Assembly: GCA_945859975.1 (NCBI GenBank)
Contig: CAMAPH010000007.1
Span: forward strand, 17,150 to 81,149
DNA length: 64,000 bases
Origin: Chthonomonas calidirosea
GTDB lineage: Bacteria > Armatimonadota > Fimbriimonadia > Fimbriimonadales > Fimbriimonadaceae
Direction of reading: 5' to 3'
The notes beneath the pieces were generated by a model. The model searched no databases and was not told the origin of the DNA. It saw only the letters and a program-made list of their open reading frames with translations. Both the position numbers and the translations under genes were made by a program. This document shows positions 60,314-64,000 of the stretch, in pieces (the stretch's first letter is position 1; every line of letters begins with the position of its first letter).

Positions 60314-60977
60314 CTCCAACCGTTCTGCATTTACGCTGATCGAGCTACTCGTGGTGATCGCAATCATCGCGATCCTCGCGGCAATTCTGTTCCCAGTTTT
60401 CAGCCAGGCAAAGGAAGCAGCGAAGCGGACGCAATGCCTGAGCAGCCTGAAGGACATTGGCACGGTGATTGCGCTTTATGGCGCGGACTATGACGACCGA
60501 TTGCCGGATCGCCGCGACCTGAAGGAGTTGGATTATCGCCCGTGGACCTCTTGGCCGCCGTCTGACCCGCGTGCCGGCTGGATCGAGGGGATCATGAAGA
60601 CGTACGGCTCGAAGGAGGGTCTGCTCTGCCCAAGCGTGCGTGGTTCGCGAATGGGGGAGATTGTCCAGGTCAGGCAAGGTAATTCAAACTATTGGATGTG
60701 GCGGTTTGACCGGATTGGTTCTGACGTCGCGCTCGATAATTGGTGGGGTAAGACGCCAGACCAGGCGGTTTCTGACTTGATCTCCGCGAACAATCCGACG
60801 GTCGGAGAAATCACGGGCACAGCAGAAGCGGAGCTCGCGGTGGACCCTTACTTTCCTCGGACAATTCCTTCGGTTAGCGCAGAACTCAGGGGTTTGTCCG
60901 TTCACTTTGGCGGACGGAACCGGGTTTTCCTCGACGGCCACGCCAAATGGCTGAAAGACCGTCGCCTGAATCCTTAG
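60303..60977 (+). CDS. prepilin-type N-terminal cleavage protein with H-X9-DG C-terminus (DUF1559-like)
   Basis: [26 protein letters not shown] and [15 protein letters not shown]. Confidence 0.9.
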   Translation: MKANSNRSAFTLIELLVVIAIIAILAAILFPVFSQAKEAAKRTQCLSSLKDIGTVIALYGADYDDRLPDRRDLKELDYRPWTSWPPSDPRAGWIEGIMKTYGSKEGLLCPSVRGSRMGEIVQVRQGNSNYWMWRFDRIGSDVALDNWWGKTPDQAVSDLISANNPTVGEITGTAEAELAVDPYFPRTIPSVSAELRGLSVHFGGRNRVFLDGHAKWLKDRRLNP

Positions 60978-61642
60978 ACTTTTCGTATTTCGAGGGTGTA
61001 GTCGGATCCGGGACCCGTTGATTTCATTGCGGCAGCTAGTAAGATGCCGCGATCATTGAACATCGCCTGGTAGCTAACCGGAATCTTTTCGGACCGAATG
61101 TTCTCTGGCGGTCGGCTCCATGCCCCATCCACGATGATCTCCTTGCGCTCGTTCCGGTACATGTTGGTGACCAACGTACCGACAACATTCGAACCATTTT
61201 CTGGCAATTCGGTCGATACTTGGCTAAGTTGACTGGGCAGCGTGAAACAGATGAGTCCGGCGTAAGGGTCCTCAAACGCTCGCCAAGGGAGCCCCTGCGG
61301 GAATGGTCCGTTTTCCAAGAATTCCGCCTCTAGGCTTCCGAACCTTTGTGGTCGACCCGCCCGATTTTTGCCCGATTCCATCATGAGGTTCGAGAAGAAG
61401 ACGCGAACCTGGCGCGGTTTTTCCTCCGCCGGTGGCAACACTTCCATGCGCATCCTGTAACTAACGGTCACCCTGTCAAAGCCGACCGACGTTTGGATCG
61501 TGATTGCGTAGTTGAACTTCTCCTTTGGTTTCCAAGCGCGGGTTACAACCGGGGGCGGAACCGGTTCTTGCTTTGAAACGTCGGTTACAGGCGGGATTTG
61601 CAAACTAAAAGTTTGCAGAATTCCTGCATACAGTGGGACCAA
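60974..61642 (-). CDS. hypothetical protein
   Basis: Long ORF filling the gap; start uncertain (TTG 61642 or 61603). Confidence 0.55.
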   Translation of the reverse strand: MVPLYAGILQTFSLQIPPVTDVSKQEPVPPPVVTRAWKPKEKFNYAITIQTSVGFDRVTVSYRMRMEVLPPAEEKPRQVRVFFSNLMMESGKNRAGRPQRFGSLEAEFLENGPFPQGLPWRAFEDPYAGLICFTLPSQLSQVSTELPENGSNVVGTLVTNMYRNERKEIIVDGAWSRPPENIRSEKIPVSYQAMFNDRGILLAAAMKSTGPGSDYTLEIRKV

Positions 61643-61697
61643 GGGCCACTTTTTGGCGTACCGTAGCTGTATCCTGTCCCCGGTAAGGAATCTATTC

Positions 61698-62096
61698 ATG
61701 AACAATCGATTTGTACTCATCGCACTCGCACTATTCGCAATTCTCGGATCTGCCTTCGCACAGGGCGGTATGGGGACTATGACGCCTGAGCAGAAGGCGC
61801 AGCTCTCCAAAATGCGCGAAGAGCGATACAAGCAGGTTGGGAAGGAACTTAAACTCACTCCTGATCAGCTCAAAAAGATGCGAGCAGCCGACGATAAGGT
61901 TCAGGCTAAGGCCATGAAGATTATGCAGGGCCCTGGAGACCAGCAGGCGAAAATGCCAAAGCTGATGGCGCTCCGCCCCGAGCTCCTTGCCGAGTACAAG
62001 AAGTTCCTCAAGCCAGACCAGCTGAAGAAGGTTGAGGAAATGATGAACAAGCAAATGGGAATGGGCCGTGGCGGCGCTCCCAAAGGACAGGGTTAA
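61698..62096 (+). CDS. exported Spy/CpxP-like helical protein
   Basis: SD AAGGA, signal peptide ending AFA-Q, MTPEQ/LTPDQ/LKPDQ motifs. Confidence 0.75.
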   Translation: MNNRFVLIALALFAILGSAFAQGGMGTMTPEQKAQLSKMREERYKQVGKELKLTPDQLKKMRAADDKVQAKAMKIMQGPGDQQAKMPKLMALRPELLAEYKKFLKPDQLKKVEEMMNKQMGMGRGGAPKGQG

Positions 62097-64000
62097 CCTC
62101 CCGATCCAGGTCCCGTTCCCGGTCCGCCGGGACCAACCGGCGGCGTGTACGGCACGCCGTCGGTAATCCAACTCTCAGGCTTCGCTCCTTTTAGATAGAC
62201 ATCTAAGTAGTGGCGGAGCCTTTTTGCGTAGTCCAGACGATTGCTGGGCTTAGCTAGATTGTGATTTTCTCCGGGATACACCAGCAGGACCGCGGGCTTT
62301 CCAAGCCGTCGCAGAGTGTTGTAGAACTGCACACCCTGGCGAAAGTCCACTGCGCCGTCGGCATCGCCATGCGCCATGAGAAGCGGCACCGAGCGCTTTT
62401 GAGCCTGCCAAACCGGGCTATTGGCAATGTACTTTTCAGGAATCTCCCAGAATGGGCGACCCATTCTTCCCTGGCTTGTCTCAAAAATTTCTCCGTTTGG
62501 CGTGCCTGAATTCCAATACACGACGCTGTACATACTCACTAGTTCGGTGAGGGGTGCACCAGCAACGCCGACCGCGAAACTTTTCGTTACGGTCGTCGCG
62601 AAGGCGGTTTGGTAGGCACCCCACGAGTGGCCGATGAGCCCAACTCGATCCGGATCGATTCCAAGTTTCTTGGCGTAAACCGCCGCGAGCGCAGGTTGGA
62701 GGCAATCCACCGCGTCTTGCCCAGGCGTTCCTTCTCGATACGCGATGTCGGGCTTGAAGACGAAGTAGCCGTTCTGGCTGAGCCATTGCTCGTTGTAAGC
62801 GCTGGCCTCGAGAGGCCGAACGAAGCTGTGCAAGCTGTCGCTGAGTCGCTCGTAGATGTAGGTCACCATCGGGTAGCGACGGCTTGGATCGTAGTTGGCA
62901 GGATAGATCAGCACACCGTTGAGGGCTTTGCCCCATCGGCTCTTGTAGGAAACGAGTTCGGACTTGCCCCAGGCGTAATCCTTGAGCCATGGGTTTGATC
63001 GGCCAACCGGCTTTGCAGCCGAGAATGAAGTGTTGGTGATGTAGATGGCGGGAGAGTCGTCAAACCCGCCCATGACGAACATCATGCGATCCGTGCCCGG
63101 TGCTTGAGTGAGCGCCTGAGTTGCCTTATCTTGGAACAGGAGCGGCTTCAGCTCCCCGGTAGCCGTGCCGCGAGCAAAGCCAGATGCTTTGGTGGTGTCG
63201 TCGAACACGGAGAAGAAGATCGGGTCGGAGAGCTTGGGTCCTTCGGGATCATCCAAGACATCGATTGGGGAGTAGCGGACCTTTTCTTTTGCGCCCTCGG
63301 TCAACCGGGTTAGGGTCTTCGCGCTTGGACGATACAGGAAAGCGTCGAAATAGGTTGAAAAGATGACGGCTTCGTCTCCGGCGAACCAGTACGGATTCTC
63401 CGCTGGGCCCCGTTCTGGAAGGACAAGATCGATTTCTGGATCTTCAAACTGGATGCCGGATTTCCCCGTCACGGATTCGGTGACGCCGGTGCGGACATCA
63501 GTTAGAAACCACTGCTTGTTTGCAAAATGCGCGAAGTACTTGCCTTCGGGCGATGGGAGCGCGCCGAAGTTGGCCTTCGTGACGACTTTCTTCGATTCCC
63601 TCGTGGCGACATCTACGATGTACACGTCTTGCGCAGTTCTGCCATTCGTGACCGGCGACTCGTAGGGGCCGGAATCGAGGAGCACTGCCTTCTGGAAGTC
63701 ATCCATCAGAATTGCAACTTGATCTTTTCCGTTGCTCAGTCGGGTTGCCGAATTTGCGCTTCGGTCCCAGACCATGAGATCCGTTCGGCCCTGGAGGGCT
63801 CGGTACCGGACCTTCTGCTGCGGCACGATGTCGATGTCTTTTGTATTCCAGACCTCGACATCGCTGACCTCGCCAGGCTTGGCCGGTTTGGGTTTGTCCG
63901 CCCAAGATTGAATTCCGAAGGCGACTTTGGTTCCGGCATCGTTCACGCGGAGAGGTCTGGTCTCGCTGATCCGGAATCCGGCGGGCAGCTTTTCATCCTT
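62093..64000 (-). CDS. S9 prolyl oligopeptidase family serine peptidase (5' end beyond window)
   Basis: GHSWG nucleophile, HGDADGAVD and YPGENH; beta-propeller region upstream. Confidence 0.9.
   Translation of the reverse strand, partial: KDEKLPAGFRISETRPLRVNDAGTKVAFGIQSWADKPKPAKPGEVSDVEVWNTKDIDIVPQQKVRYRALQGRTDLMVWDRSANSATRLSNGKDQVAILMDDFQKAVLLDSGPYESPVTNGRTAQDVYIVDVATRESKKVVTKANFGALPSPEGKYFAHFANKQWFLTDVRTGVTESVTGKSGIQFEDPEIDLVLPERGPAENPYWFAGDEAVIFSTYFDAFLYRPSAKTLTRLTEGAKEKVRYSPIDVLDDPEGPKLSDPIFFSVFDDTTKASGFARGTATGELKPLLFQDKATQALTQAPGTDRMMFVMGGFDDSPAIYITNTSFSAAKPVGRSNPWLKDYAWGKSELVSYKSRWGKALNGVLIYPANYDPSRRYPMVTYIYERLSDSLHSFVRPLEASAYNEQWLSQNGYFVFKPDIAYREGTPGQDAVDCLQPALAAVYAKKLGIDPDRVGLIGHSWGAYQTAFATTVTKSFAVGVAGAPLTELVSMYSVVYWNSGTPNGEIFETSQGRMGRPFWEIPEKYIANSPVWQAQKRSVPLLMAHGDADGAVDFRQGVQFYNTLRRLGKPAVLLVYPGENHNLAKPSNRLDYAKRLRHYLDVYLKGAKPESWITDGVPYTPPVGPGGPGTGPGSGG

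Overview
A gene-dense, GC-rich bacterial chromosomal segment. Gene content (diderm T2SS and porin, H-X9-DG prepilin-like protein, HspR) suggests an Armatimonadota/Fimbriimonadia-like organism; this is inference, not a database result. Most of it is housekeeping and metabolic genes (dapA, cmk, aroA, tyrA, aroC, pstB, dnaK, glnB, hppD, dsbD, rpoZ-dnaJ-prmA-rsmE, cbpA-hspR, msrA, several peptidases and glycoside hydrolases) plus tRNA-Leu(TAG) and tRNA-Thr(CGT). It also holds a type II secretion gene cluster (21.8-32.9 kb), an AT-richer TerY-P (vWA/PP2C/kinase) triad, and a small accessory patch with an IS481 remnant beside tRNA-Thr. Noteworthy non-obvious signals: a pervasive TAnnnT-N5-7-start leaderless-promoter signature; matching HAIR-like operators at dnaK and cbpA-hspR; an apparently inactive RAYT/HUH transposase homolog directly behind the PII gene; an ATA-initiated pseudopilin gene; a ~710-bp tandem duplication with a visible junction; and an ANTAR-like hairpin over a porin RBS. 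No CRISPR array, prophage or intact mobile element was seen, and I cannot claim a clearly novel multi-gene system.
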